From positions 16,492,001-16,556,000 of the forward strand of contig JBHGNT010000003.1 in assembly GCA_043228905.1 (NCBI GenBank): 64,000 nucleotides of DNA, in the 5' to 3' direction. Every line of letters begins with the position of its first letter. The first letter of the stretch is position 1. A program made the position numbers and the translations under genes. Below, piece by piece: positions 1-13,730 of the stretch. This stretch comes from Azolla caroliniana. Taxonomy: Eukaryota > Plantae > Polypodiophyta. Under the pieces are notes generated by a model. The model saw nothing but the letters and a program-made list of their open reading frames with translations, searched no databases and had not been told where the DNA came from.

Positions 1-224
1 TTCGTAAATAGTCCTTGAGTTGCTTAGATACCTCATCCTCTTCGAATCGACTTAAGTGATAAGGAGGTATACTTATTGGTGCAATGCCAGGTACAATATC
101 TATACGATGGTCTATATTACGTTTAGGAGGTAACCCATCTGGTAGTTCACTCGGAAAAACATCACGAAAATAATTTAAGATTTCATCAAGTTGTTGTTCA
201 AAATATGTTAATTGAACCGAGGCA

Positions 225-710
225 TTAAACGTGAATGTTCGGATCAAGTACACAATAAAATAGAGTAGAACAAGAAAACTCGGATATTGATGGAGAGGAA
301 ACAATCGAGAGGGATTGTTTTTTTACACATTGAATAAAATGAGTACAATCGTTTAGTACAAAGGAAATAGAATGATGAACCCAATCAATAAATAAAGAAG
401 AGTTTTTATTATAAAACCAAGGATAACCCAGTATTGCATCAGTGGTACAAAGATTCATTACATGGAAGTCTACTTCATCTATATAAGTATCAATAGAAAT
501 TCCTAATGAATGAATCGCCCCGTTGATGTATTGTACTCTTCCATCAGTCAAGTGCACCGTATAGGTGTGATCACTTAGGGTGGGTTGGATTCCCCATATC
601 TGAACCAAACGATCATTCACAAAATTGTGTGAGCTTCCCGAATCAAACAAAAATTGTATGGGAGATCCATTGATATACTCGTTTGCACGTAGTAAATCAT
701 TGGGACCCAA
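225..710 (-). pseudogene. Aspartic protease of A1 (truncated by an 11-bp deletion relative to copy 2)
   Basis: FLFDSGSSHNFV and DAILGYPW motifs; copy 2 ORF 61415-62230 reads on into RT. Confidence 0.88.
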
Positions 711-953
711 TACATAGTGAGGGAAAGAACTTTGACAATTACTTAAATGATGTGTATAGACCTAAAGGACATTACGAAATTGACCTTTATGGTCTGCAAC
801 TTTAGCTTTGTTGTCGTGCTCTTTCCGTTGGAGCTTTCGACATTGGTCTTTTGTATGACCTTTCTTTTTGGAGAATATGCAAAAAGGATGTTGTCACTTA
901 CAATCACGATTCATGAATTTGTTGGGTGTCTTGCGTTTCCCAGCGAGTTGCGA

Positions 954-1793
954 CTACTTAGTCCCAAGTGCTTTGTTGGGTTTGTTGTGGTCCTTCTTCG
1001 AAGTGCATTGATAACGAAGAACTATTTCAATGGCCTCTTCGAAGGATTTTGGATCCTTATCGTGCACTATCCAATGATAGTCCGAATTGGGGATGCCATT
1101 AACAAAACAAGCTATTAACCAGTTCTCCCCTTGTAGATCCGATTTTTGGATTTGGGTTCTAGCATGGTGGACATAGTCTTCTAATGAAGAAAATTTCCTG
1201 CTAGAGAGGTTCATTAAAGCTTGAGCTACCTCGGTTCGAGAGGGAAGTTGCAGAAATTGGCCCTTAAAAACTGTGACAAAATCTGTCCAAGTATCGGGCA
1301 ATTTCCCCAAAGTTCGGAGCCCACGCCACCAGGCGGTGGGCTTACCCCCTAGTTCTCGGCCGACATATGCAATCTTCGTACTATGTGGCATGGGATAGAG
1401 CTCAAAATGAGACTCCCATCGGCCTAGCCACGTGTAGATTGTTTCTTCGGTTCTTTCCTTTTTATCTCCCGTAAATGGCTTAACGACAAACGATGGTTCA
1501 CCCTGTCGCTCATCAGGTCTATTAGTCTCACGTTGTAAACTAATGACACGTGCCTCGAGTGCACTTTGAGATTGCCGAAGTTCAGTCATCTGTTGAGTGG
1601 TGAAACTAAGGTATTGGGTTATTTGTGAAAAATACATCTCAATGGACATTTGTTCAGGAGGATTTCCTTGAGTTTCTTCCGCTTGAATGGATGACATCGG
1701 GTTGTTATTTTGAGCCATTAAATGATTATTTTTGGCAAAGAAATAGGATAAGGTCAAACAAATAGTCATAAAATCATGTCGTGATGTAAACAT
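954..1793 (-). pseudogene. Retrotransposon gag of element A1
   Basis: KPFTGD...WLGRWE...AWW...TWTDFVTVFKGQF retrotrans-gag pattern, downstream of the PBS. Confidence 0.85.
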
Positions 1794-2899
1794 ATCATGG
1801 GCAAATATTAATCGATATCATGATCTCACGTCAATACCCCTCTAGATGTATGAGATGAGGTTCAAGATTAGGTTACTATGGTAACACAAAGGTGTTTTAA
1901 AAACCATGGGGGTGACAAATTAATGTCTTTCCCTGATCTCTATATCGATTTTTTTCATGGCGGCTCCCCGAGGCTCAACCATGTATGTTCGCGTCATGAA
2001 TAGTCTATACACGAAAAAAATGTTAACAATAAACTATGTTTTGGTGCCCACATATGTAGTTTTGGCTCTTTAAGTCATATTACGAGGACCCCGAAGTGCA
2101 CTTAGACCTCAAGTCTAAACATGTGTTATAGTCATATGTATCAACGATGTTGTATGGTCTTGGTTATATTTGAACTCAAGACCTCGAGAAAAAATGCATT
2201 AAACACTTGAGCCAACCAAGTAGGTTGCTCTTCTTGAATGTTTAATGTTTCATGCGTATAAAAGATATGCGAGGCATTTGCCCATATATGTTTTTTTAAA
2301 AGAAATATATATGTCAAGAGTCCTTATTTCCCCCTCGTTTACTACAAAATATGTTGGTACGTTACCTAACCTCAAGTCTCGTAATTACGATGGCATACGC
2401 CAAAGTGCAACCTAATGGTCTAGCCAAATGAGCCCTCTTTTCGTAGTAGGCTCACGTGGCCCATCACATGGTTACGTCATTACGAATGCCTCTCGTAAGA
2501 ATGATCTCATGGTGGCATTGTATCCATGTAATGAGGGAGGGATGTTGGATATGTGTGTCATAGGAGCGACCTCACATGAAGTGGGTCAAGCCCTACGTTC
2601 TCAACATCATTGTGGCTATAGGCATTTCTTTACGTAATAAAATCGAAGTCACCAACGGGAATGTCAACAATAAAAAATTGTTGAAAAAAGGGATGGTGAC
2701 AACACCATTCTCACAAAAATGTGAGGACGGCCACCAAGATCTTTCCCCGAAAAGGAAAACATCCGATATTAAAATCACGTAATAACTTATATACACATAT
2801 GTATATTATCACATATATACGATCAAATACGTATACACGTGACCACATGCGTACATTAAACAAATCGTTACATCAAATAGCCATAAATGATATAATCAA

Positions 2900-3162
2900 G
2901 ATACGTAATTGAGGCATATACCTCTATGCAAACGAAACATCCAAAAATAAGGGTTCATTGTAATACGCAATTGAGGTATTGACCTCTTACGCATATGAGA
3001 CCAAACAGATATCATTTACAACGAAATCGAGGTATTGACCTCATACGCATACGTAACATATGTATGTGAGCGTAATATGCAATTGAGGTATTAACCTCGT
3101 GCGCATACGACACTAATCACATATTCAATATATGTCAAATGAGGTATTGACCTCATACACAT
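2900..3162. repeat. Five spaced palindromic GAGGT-N4-ACCTC hairpin repeats in the A leader
   Basis: Cores start at 2911, 2973, 3029, 3085 and 3141 (spacing 62, 56, 56, 56); the sequences between them differ. Confidence 0.85.
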
Positions 3163-3413
3163 GATGTAAACGTTTTATACAACCAATTAATTACCACTAC
3201 AACATCATTGAATTAATGAAAGCAATTACATATAGACTATACACATGATTAGATGGGAGAAGAAAAAATAGAAAAAGAAGAAGGAAAGAGTTACCGAAGT
3301 TCCTTTGTTGATCATTGTTTGGATCAAGGCCAACTGCACATCGATTGATTACCATCAATCAACAAGACAAAAGACAACAAAAGAAACATTAGAACATAGG
3401 CTCTGATACCAAC

Positions 3414-3868
3414 TGTTAGAGACATGAACTAATGTAAGCATAAAATAAGGATAAAAGATAGATCTAGATAGAAAGGAGAGAGAGAAAGAAGGGTGCCGAT
3501 CCACCCGACCACCCCCAAGCGAAGGGATCGAGACGGACTCAAGCCTCGATCGGCGTCCCATACCACCGCCGTGGCGTCGAGTCGTACTTGGTGCTGGCGC
3601 GCTCGCTACAAGAGTTGATCCACCATGAAACAGAGTCTCGACGTAGTCAACAAGATGATCAAATGAGGGTAGCTAGGCCTCTTATTTATAGTGATACCCA
3701 AGGCCCCCAAGCAAGTTCACACTTGGCCTAATGGGTTGTCTCAATCCTGAGGCATAAAAGTAATTCTCCCCTTCTTTACACTCTCGTTTAACCCTCACAC
3801 TTATCCACGTGTATAGAATACTACGGTAAATTCTCACCACGGGATATTATATGGTCATGCCCGTAACA
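3414..3868 (-). repeat. 5' LTR of A1 (455 bp)
   Basis: TG...CA ends, adjacent to the PBS; matches 49960-51114 apart from the Q insertion; followed by TSD copy GTAGG 3869-3873. Confidence 0.92.
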
Positions 3869-6800
3869 GTAGGCATATTTTTAGGAGTTAGTGTTAGTCG
3901 CTCGTATGAGCATTGAAGTAGATGTCAATACTTCTGTCAGTCCTTTTAAGGACTTGTATAAAAGTGCTCACTGAGCACATTGTATGTATATAGTGATATT
4001 TTGAATTTGAGTTTTGTTTGTGCTCTTTGTCTCTGTCTCTCTCTTTTTCTCTGTGTTCCATTCTCTGTGTTTTCTGGTGCTATCTCACTGAGCCGGTTGA
4101 GGTATGTTTTGTTTCCCCATTACTTCTTTCACATGGTATCAGAGCGCAAGGGTTAGAACATCCTAACACTTGGTAAGAACAAGTAATAAGAGAAAGGGAT
4201 AGAGGTATGGGAAGCTCGACAGAAACAATTATGCATCTTGGTCATACAAGATGCACCAATATTTGTTAGGACATGGATATTGGAGTTATGTCGAAGGAGC
4301 TTGAATTATGCAGCACCGGATTTGACACATAGGGATTTTTCGGCTTGGGAACAATCAACAAGTAGAGTTTTCTACTGCTTTGCATCCAATGTCGGTGATC
4401 AACTACTGAGCTATATCCAAGGCGTGAAGACGTGAAGACGCCAAAGGAGATTTGGGGAAATCTGAAGAAGATATTCGCTGCAAGCACCATAGCCAGAAAG
4501 CTTCTGCTCAGACAGGAGTTGAGTAATGTCCGGCAGAGAGACATGTTGTTGGCTGATTACACATCCCGGATCAGAGACATCTATGACTCTCTCGCCTCCA
4601 TCAATGTGACTGTCGAGGAGGACGAAATGGTGTAGGTATATCTCGAAGGATTGGCATAGAAGTTCGGATCATTCGGGATGACGGTCTGCACGAGAGAGAA
4701 TACGCCATCATTCTTCGAGTTGCAATCGATGCTTCTCGTTGAAGAGAACCATGCATGTGCGTCGACAATTATGCACACCGACAAAAAAATGTTGTACACG
4801 GAGGAAGATAGACCCCATGGTCGTGGTAGAAGATGTAGGTCAGCACACAATGTAGGTGGCTGACTAGAGCAAAATAGAAGGCATAATCATAATGCCGACA
4901 ACAATTCCGGATCCTCCGGAAACAGGGGGAATCAAGGCGGTGCCGGATACCTGCAAGGAAAGGCTAAGACGGAATGCTGGTATTGTGGCAAGAAAGGCCA
5001 CTAGGAGAGCAAGTGTTGGAAGAAGCGCGCCGATTCGGACAAATCTGGATCTGGCAAGGCCGGACAAGGGAGTCTGCAACTCTCGTACTACCTAGGAGGA
5101 TCAGAAGGATCCGGAACCAGAAAGACCGGAAATGGATCGGGCCCAGCCTTTGTGATGAATCACAAGGCTAATTCGATGAAGACAAGCACCTCGAAATTGA
5201 ATGAGGTATGGTTTGTTGACTCCGGAGCATCGAACCATGTGACAAGCCACAAGGAGTTGTTCTCTTACTTGGAGAAACCAGAACAACTGGGGGTCTTCGA
5301 AACCGGTGAAGACACCTCACATACCATAGAACATGTCGGTGAAGTCCTGTTAAACCATGTTAGATAGAAAGGGAAGCTAATGAACGTTTTGCACGTCCCG
5401 ACAATCACAAAGAATCTAGTGTCGGTTGGATAGTTTGTTGACCAAGGGATGCAGGTTCGGTTCACACATCTCGGGTTCTTCATCAAAGAAGAAGGAAAAG
5501 TCATTGCACAAGGGCACCGACAACGGAGGATGTTTATCCTTGAAACACATGAAGTCGGAACCACTATGTTTCCTAAAAGGCAAAAAGTCGAGTCAAATAT
5601 CGACTTGTGCCACAAGCGGTTCGACCATATCAACTTTCGGAAGCTTCAGGAGATGCAGTCAAAACATGTGGTTTCCGGACTGTCAAAGTTTAGTGGCCAG
5701 ATGGGCCAGATTTGTGAAGCTTTCCACCTTGGGAAGTAGCATAGGCTTCTGTTCCCCAACGAGAAGAATAAGAGCCGGAATCGGCTCGATCTTATCCATT
5801 TGGATGTGGGGGACTAGCACATAACGTGAGCATCGGAGGAACCATTACTTTGTAACCTTCATTGATGACTACACTCGGCACACTTGGGAGTGCTTGATCA
5901 TGAAGAAGTGCAAGGTCTTCTCCTGTTTCCTGAAAGTGAAGAGCCTTGTTGAACGAGAAACCGGAAGGAAAATCAAGTGCCTAAGGTCTGATGGTGGAAA
6001 GGATTACTTTTCCGACCAGTTCTCGAGTTATCTGTGGAAGGAAGGAATTCAACGAGAATTCTCTTGCAGATACACACCGGAGCAGAACAATGTGGCCGAG
6101 CAGAAGAATCAAACTATACAGGAGGTGGCGCGGGCAATGCTTGAGGAGAAGCATATGCCGAAGTTTTATTGGGCCGAAGCGGTCCAAACAACTGTCTACT
6201 TGCTGAATTAGACATCTGCAAATGGAGGAGTGTCATCACATGAGCTCTACTTTAGAAAGAAATCGAATCTTGGATACTTGAAGGTGTTTGGGAGCATTGC
6301 CTATGTGCATGTGCCGAAGGAGAAACAGAGGAAGCTGGATGTGAAGGCCGAGAAGTGCATTCTCATCGGCTACTCGAACGAACCAAATAGGTTCGGGTAG
6401 GGCGAGATGTCGTTTACGACGAATTGGCTTCATGGTACTTGCCCTCATCTCGGATCCCCATGAACTCCATTCGATTGCTGAGGACGAGATCAGTGAGGCT
6501 GGAATGCCTCCGAACGAAGAAGAAATCGGAACTCAAGAAGAGAGTCTGATCTCATTCTGGCTAAGTGGGACGAATTAGAGACTGAGTCAGATCGACCAGT
6601 CGGATGAGGAGTCGGTGAGTAGTGGAAACTCAGTTGTGCTGTCCCCATGCAAGGAACCGAGGAGACAGTTCACACGGAAAGAGAACGGGAAGAAGAAGAT
6701 GTCAGAATACAACACCGACAGGGAAGAGTCAGATCCAAATGAATCTGACTCTGGAAAGAATAAAGATGGACCTTCGAAAAAGAGGTTGGAGTCAGCCAAA

Positions 6801-7333
6801 AGGGCCATAAAATCGGCAGAGCAGAAATTGCGCCGATCTAACCGCCAAAAGCACCTCGTAATTTGATACGGATACAATGAATACATGGTGCATCACTATG
6901 CATACACGATAAAGGTGGCGGAAGTGCGTGAGGCAGAGAGCTATGCAGAAGTGGCAAAGGACGCAAATTGGCGTGCTGCACTGGAGGAAGAGATGCACGC
7001 TCTCACAGAGAGCGACACATGGGACCTGGTTGACGTTCCGAAGGGAGTGAAGCTGATCTGATGCAAGTGGGTGTACAAGGTCAAGTACAACACCAATGGC
7101 TCCGTCAACCGGTACAAGGCCCGGTTAGTGGCAAAAGACTATGTGCAGCAACGCATCATTGACTACGATGAGACCTTTGTGCTGGTCGTGAAGATGACGA
7201 TCGTCTGTGTCTTGCTCGTGGTAGCTACGAATAAGGTGTGGCACTTACATCAAATGGATGTAAAGAATGCATTCCTGTAAGGTGAGCTTCAAGAATAGGT
7301 GTACATGGTACAACCCTCAGATTTCAGTTTGGA

Positions 7334-7978
7334 ATGAACATGTTGGCTGTTTGCTGGCTAAAGAAGTCCCTCTATGGACTAAAGCAAGCCCCACGTGCTT
7401 GGAACGCGAAGATTATGCAACGATTGCGTCGGATGGGGTTTGCCACGTCGAAGTCGAACTCTTCACCTTTCTTCAAACAAGGTCGGAGTGGGCCAATTAG
7501 TATTTTACTTTACGTTGATGATTTAGTCATCGCCGGTGCCGACCAATACCAAATCGACCACATCAAGTCCCAGCTAGCGGCATCATTCGACATGAAGGAT
7601 CTGGGGGACCTTCACTACTTCCTCAGGATCGAAGTGATCCGCACCCCCAAAGGCATACTGGTCAGCCAACGACATTATGTGCTGACTATGCTCTTTAAGT
7701 TTGGAATGACGGAGTGCAAATTTGTCTCAACTCCTTTGGATAGGAATTTGAAGCTTCGCCCCGACTTTGGAACGACATGCGGCTCGAAACGATTCCGACA
7801 GATCGTCGAAAGCTTTATCTACTTGACCATCACCCGACCAGACCTCAACTATTCGATCGGCTTGAAATTAGTCAATTCACGGCACATCCGATGGTGGAGC
7901 ACCTTTAGTGCACACAATGATTACTCAGGTATGTTAGCGGCACCAAGGAACGGGGGTTGCTATATTGGACTCGTGTAG
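7334..7978 (+). pseudogene. Copia reverse transcriptase fragment (element B)
   Basis: SLYGLKQAPRAW, LLYVDDLVI, FDMKDLG, TRPDL motifs. Confidence 0.92.
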
Positions 7979-8115
7979 TTGGACGACTTGTTAGTTACAC
8001 AGACGCCGATTGGGCTGGAAACGTCGGTAACCACAGGTCTACATCTGGTTATGTGTTTTCACTTGGAAGCGCCACAGTGGCCTGGAGTAGTAAGAAGTAG
8101 CCAAATGTTGCACTG

Positions 8116-8517
8116 TTGAGCACAGAGGCCGAGTATCGAGGAGTAGTTATTGCAACATGTGAAGCCATATGGCTAAAACGGCTATTGAAGGATCTACAGG
8201 CAGAGGTGTCCGATCCGATGACGATTTACTATGACAACCTCAACAACATCCAGTTTGTGAAGAACCCCATCGTCCACGCCCGGACCAAGCATATTGAGGT
8301 GCACTATTATTTTGTCCGCGAGCAAGCCCTTTCCGATGAAGTCGAATTGGTGTATGTTTTGACGGATTGGCAAAATGCCGATATTTTCACCAAACCCCTT
8401 CGCCTGGACAAGTTGCGGCAATTTTCGGGTGTGCTTGGCTTGCAACACCTCGACGTGCCAAATTTGAGGGGGAGACAGAGAAAGCACTGGAAGAGACTAG
8501 AAAGCCGAGTCAAATGA
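8116..8517 (+). pseudogene. Copia RNase H fragment (element B)
   Basis: STEAEY, HARTKHIEVHYYFVRE, ADIFTKPL. Confidence 0.92.
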
Positions 8518-9017
8518 GGAGTTCGACTTCGGGGGAAGTAAATCCAAGAAGGGCAAGAAGCCCAAGACTTGGACATGGTTTGATGTGATAAAGGTCTTCG
8601 AGGATGAGAACGAATTGGAGACAACCAATTCGGACAAAACCTGGAACGAATCAGAGGCACCCAATTCGGAAGAGGCGAGCCTACCGAGAAGGTTGAGGTG
8701 CACAGAATCGGACGGGTCATAGGAAGAGGAACCGAATAGGACGAGGAGTGCGAGCAAGGCGGAAAGTCACCAGGAAGAGCCAGAGGGAAGGACCGACAAA
8801 CACTAACACCACGATCCGACCTCAAGTTGAGCTTGACGGGGAGTGTTGAGCGAGCAAGATCAACCTGATCCGGATTGGCTGAGTAACCCATAGCCAAATC
8901 GGTATCCGGAACAAAGAGCTGTATCGGTTTCCGGAGATGAGAGGCAGATCGGTGTCCAATTGGGTGCGCCATCGAAGAAGAAGGAAAAGTCATTGCATAA
9001 GGGCGCAGAGAAGGGAA

Positions 9018-12000
9018 TATTAGGTTTCTGTCCCTCTTGTGGGAGGAGCCGACTGTTCGGATGGAGAGCTGACAGTCGAAGACAAGGAGTAGCAAACTGG
9101 TAAGGTTGAGAGCCGACAGTCGATGTGGTGGAGAGTCAATTGGGTGAGTCGACTGAGAGATAGTTGACATGAAGAGTCAACAACAGACGATCGAAGTCGA
9201 AGACAAGACCGACTAGTCGGGCCGACCGGAGGGTCGACAACAAGGCCGACTAGTCAACCAGTCGACTGGAGTTGGCTAGTCGATTCGACTAGTCAACCAG
9301 TTGATTGATTAATTGATTACTATTATTAGTATAATAATAGGAATGAAGGTAGTGGAGGCTAAATTTGTAAATAGCCCATACAATGTATAAGAATAAATAC
9401 ACTTAGGGCAAAACGATAGTTAGATGTAGAATAGAGTCTTCTGTGTGGTAGAATAGAGAGAATTGTTGTGAGCCTCTATTTGTGAGTGTGACAGAAGAGA
9501 GAGCCGCGAGAGAGTTACACAGAGAACAGAGAGAAGAGTGAGATATGCCATAGCTATGTGAGCTTGGATGTTAAGAGCCTTGCGTGGCTAATTCACTCTA
9601 CATAAAGAGTGTTGTATATTGTCTCCTTTGTATTCTCCATTGTATAGTGGATCTGTTCTCCCATGGTTTTCCCCATTTAGGGTTTCCATGGTTTTACCCC
9701 TTTAGGGTTTCCATGTAAAAACTCTGTATTTTGTGCATTTGCTGTTTTCTATTTCGGCGTTATTGTGTATTTCACAGTCGAGATTCCTCACGAACCATAG
9801 GGATCGAATCCCGTCAAACTGGTATTAGAGCTTGAGGTGCAAGGATGGAAGGAGGTGTGAGTGGCTTCCTAGGTATGATAGTTCTAAACTCTTAGAATTG
9901 TGCATACTAGGAGATAAAGATGGAAGACCTTCTCATATTCAAAGACTTGTACGAGCCCATCGATAGAGTAGAAATACCCACGGGGATATTAGAGTCTGAA
10001 TGGAATCTTCTAAACAAAAAGGCAATAGCCACCATCAAACAATGTGTCGATGTAAGTGTCCTTCAACATATGGGGAATGACACAAATGCTTACGAGATGT
10101 GGCAGAAGTTGTGAGGTCTATATGAGAGGAAGAACGCCCTCAACAAAACATCTTTGATGAGAAAGATTGTGAGGCTGAAATATAGGGATAGAGAAAGCGT
10201 AGTGGAGCATGTGACCATATTCATGGGGTATGTGAATCAACTTGTGGCAACCAAGTTTCCCCTTCAGGATGCAATGTAGGCCATACTACTATTGTGTACC
10301 TTGTGGACAACTGGGAGAATCTAGTGTTCACTCTTAGCACCTCGTGTCAAGAAGAGAATTTGTGTCTACAGGCGGTAAAGACAAGCATCTTGAATGAGGA
10401 GACAAGAAGGAAGGACAAGGGTATCTTGTCCTAGTTGGAGTCAAACTTGACTCATCATACCGACAAAGGAAGGAACAGATAGAGAAGGCCACTAAGAAGG
10501 GAGAAGTCCCAAGCCAGATCCAAGTCCAGAGGCAAGCTGACATGCTTCTATTGTGGAAAGCCTGGACACTTTCACAAGGACTGCCGAGACATGAGGAAGG
10601 ACAAAGGTGTTAGCAATAATGTCGAGCCTAGGAAGATTCCTGATGACAAGGGCACTTCAGTCGTGGCTACAAGTGCAGAGGAGATCTTCTTCATTTGTGA
10701 ACAAGCAAGCACAAATCTTGCAAGTGAAGAGTGCACTTGGGTAATCGATTCGGGTGCATCTTTCCACATAACTCTGTCGAGAGAGTGTTTCTCGACTTAC
10801 ATAGTCGGTGATCACGACTATGTAAAGATGGGAGATAATCGAGATTGCAAGATAGCCGGCATAGGAAGTGGATGCCTGATGACGTCGACAGGTTGTCGGC
10901 TGATCTTGAGGGAAGTTCAACATGTCCTCGATATTAGAGTAAATCTAATATCACACGAAAGGTTGGATTACGAGGGCTATAGTGGTATCATCCAAAACGG
11001 CAAGTGGAAGTTCTGTCGAGGAAACCTCATAGTGACCCGAGCATACCCCACTATGCAAGTCGGAAGTGAGTGTGGCAGCCGACTTAAGCGGAGAGTTATG
11101 GCATAAGAGGCGAGAAGGGAATGCACCTGCTGGCCGACCAGGAACTTCTCCCAGAAGTGAAAGGAGTACACTTGGAGAAGTGTGTTGACTGCTTAGTCGA
11201 AAAGCAAAATAGAGCAACATTCCACTCAAGAGCACCAAGAAGAAGAGAAGCTACATTGGAACTAGTGCACACCGACGTCTGCTATGTAGATGCTCCATCG
11301 CATCAAGGTGGACGGTACTTTGTGACGTTCATAGATGACTACAACCGAAAGTTGTGGGCCTTCGTATTGAAGTCGAAGGATCAAGTACTATCAATGTTCA
11401 AGGAGTTCCAGGCAAGAACTGAACGACGGTTGGTCAGAAGTTGAAGGTTGTCTGAATCGACAATGGTTGAGAATATAAAGGGTAGTTCGAAGAATAATGC
11501 AAGGCCCAAGGTGTTCGAATCGAATACATAGTACAAAAGACCTCTGAATTGAACGTGCTTGTAGAGAGGATGAATCAAACAATCATGGAGAGAGTAATGA
11601 GCATGCTCTCTCATGCTAAACTGCCAAAATCGTACTGGGCTGAGGCGATGTACACGGTTGTCTATCTGATCAACAGGTCTCCCTTAGTGCCACTAAAAGG
11701 TGATGTCCCACAGAGGGTGTGGACAGGAAAGGTTGTCTCCTATCGACACCTGAGGGTGTTCGGATGCGTGGTTTATATGCAAGTATCTAAGGATTAGAGG
11801 TCGAAGCTTGAGAGTAAGTCAAACGCATGCATATTCATGGGATACTTGGAGGACGGGTTCAGCTATAGGCTATGAGACTTAGTCGATAAGAAAGTAGTGA
11901 GGAGTTGGGACGTCGTCTTCTTGGAAGACAAGACTATTGAGAACTGGAAGCAACAGAAGTCGGAATTGACTTCCCAGTCAACTCCCACTACCACCGACTT

Positions 12001-12451
12001 AAGGCCAAGTGAACTGACACAACCAATCGGTAGAGTCGATTATGAGTCGGTTGGCTTGGAGCAACCGACCAATACAGATGAGTCGGAGTCGCCATATATA
12101 TTGAAGTCGATCGAGGAATACGAATTGGAATCGGCTAACCCTGAACGACCGATCAACACATATGAACCCTAGCCAAGAGTAGAGTCGGCAGAGACATCCA
12201 GATTGGAACCAACAATGAGTGAAACGAGATGCCCAATTAGAGAAAAGAGAGAACCAAATACATATATATATGCCAGTCAATACATCCTCTTAACTGATGA
12301 AGGTGAGCCTAAGTGCTATGACGAAACCATCGTCGATGAGCACAAGGAGAAATGGCAGAGTGCAATGCAAGAGGAGATGGACTCCTTGCACGAGAACTAC
12401 ACTTACGACTTGGTGGAGCTACCAAAAGGTAAGAGAGCACTTAGAAATAAA
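9018..12451 (+). mobile_element. Decayed Tnt1/Tork-like copia element C (5' LTR about 9018-9816, truncated at the start of RT)
   Basis: PBS TGGTATTAGAGC 9820-9831. Gag MEDLL..KDLY, CFYCGKPGHFHKDC knuckle, WVIDSGASFH, integrase LELVHTDVC/YFVTFIDDY. Ends at KGKRALRNK. Confidence 0.88.
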
Positions 12452-13730
12452 GCTGTTGATGATCTCTTACTTTGGGACTTTAGACTTTCTTAATCGTTGA
12501 GGTGTGCATGAACTTAATCAGAATCTTTCAACCAAAGATTGTACAATCGCCGAATTAGATAGATTTTGGTGGCGGTGACCTTGTCATAAGTGTCTAACAA
12601 CGCTTTTCATAATTGGAATGTCGTCGAACATGATTGTATGGTACAGTAAACTGATTCGGATAGGTGCATCTGAATGGTCACATGCACTATCCAATCTAAC
12701 TTTTTCCATTCATTTGACTTGAACTCTTCTGGAGGATTTTCGTTTTCGATCGGATCAATCTAAGATAGTCTTGCATTTGTTCCTTCTAGAAGTTATAGTT
12801 CAATCCCTCAAACTTCGTGACACTCATCTCTGATGAGCCGGATGTGGACCCCAGTCTTGACTCGAGCCGATTGGTCATAAAGTTTTGTCGAGAGGTGGTT
12901 GCGATCGGTCGGAGGGCGCAACCAACTAGCTGGTTCACCCAAATTTGATCTAGTAGAATTGGACACAAAGTTAGTCGATTGGTCGGCCAATTCTGCTCGA
13001 AGTAGCTACGGCCGAATGTGGAGTAGAGCTGACAAGTCTATCCCGTTGTGATGCGTAGCCGAATTGAGAAATAATTGTGTTGATTGGATTATCGATTTGT
13101 TTTCGAATACCTATTTGATTTCCAATAACAAAACCGATCCTGCTCCAAGTGACTACAACGAATGAAGAGACATCACCGAGTGGTCTACCTAAGTTTCACT
13201 TAAATCCGGATAGAGCACGAATGGTGTCACCTAGTTCAAGATTCCAGTATGAGTGAATACAAAGAAGGGAGAGAGTACACAGCCGAATGGTGTACTTGAG
13301 GTGGGTCTAGTCGAATAGACTGTGAATCCTAGAGATGTCTCTTCTCACAGAACATTAATATGTAGTTGCCAAATAGAAGATTTCAGTTTGTCTGAAATCT
13401 TGGGAGGAACCTTTTCAATGTATAATCAGAGATGTTGAAGTCTTCAAAGAACAACGCAGAAATGTTGGTGATGGAGCTAATGAAGACCGACAGCGAAAAG
13501 AACCTCTCGCTTTGATACTAGATGTTGTAGATAAGGTCGTGAAAGGCTGAGAAAAACGCTATGATAGATAGCAAAAACAAATAAAACGGTGGCTGCAATA
13601 GTTCTGCACTATAATACTCAGCAATCGGACAGAGAGGTTTTCTATCTCACCTTTATTTATATAGCGGGAAAAGAAAACTATAATATATAAAGTAAAAAAT
13701 AAGAGCACAGGCCAGTTTGGCGTTTTCACA
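12452..13730 (-). mobile_element. 5' remnant of copia element D (LTR about 13523-13730, degenerate PBS, leader, N-terminal gag)
   Basis: GCTTTGATACTA 13509-13520 is a mutated Met-i PBS next to TGTTG; gag start MSVTKFEGLNYNF resembles the D' gag near 41190. Confidence 0.72.

Larger units (their letters stand above)
1..3868 (-). mobile_element. Ty3/gypsy chromovirus A, copy 1 (5' part: 5' LTR, PBS, long leader, gag, protease, start of RT)
   Basis: LTR 3414-3868 (TGTTAG...TAACA). Met-i PBS at 3399-3411 (minus strand TGGTATCAGAGCC). Gag ORF 954-1793. Protease LFDSGSSHNF in 225-710. Near-identical to 61510-64000. Confidence 0.93.
3869..8935 (+). mobile_element. Decayed Ty1/copia element B (right half of 5' LTR 3869-4133, gag-pol, start of 3' LTR at 8844)
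   Basis: PBS TGGTATCAGAGC 4134-4145. Gag, CCHC zinc knuckle (about 4975-5015), protease WFVDSGASNH, integrase IKCLRSDGG...TPEQN, RT YGLKQAPRAW/LYVDD, RNase H STEAEY/RTKHIEV. PPT then TGTTGAGCG at 8844. Many stop codons. Confidence 0.93.

Noticed and set aside
747-1118. Hydrophobic 123-aa plus-strand ORF repeated at 62267-62638
   Set aside because: Antisense to the K/T-rich gag-protease linker of A; its recurrence is explained by the duplicated element
2900-3162. CRISPR array
   Set aside because: Eukaryotic retrotransposon leader, degenerate repeats and no cas genes; kept only as a hairpin array
9661-9716. Telomeric TTTAGGG repeats
   Set aside because: Only two copies, within a short duplication of a motif shared by the C, E and Q copia LTRs; not an interstitial telomere
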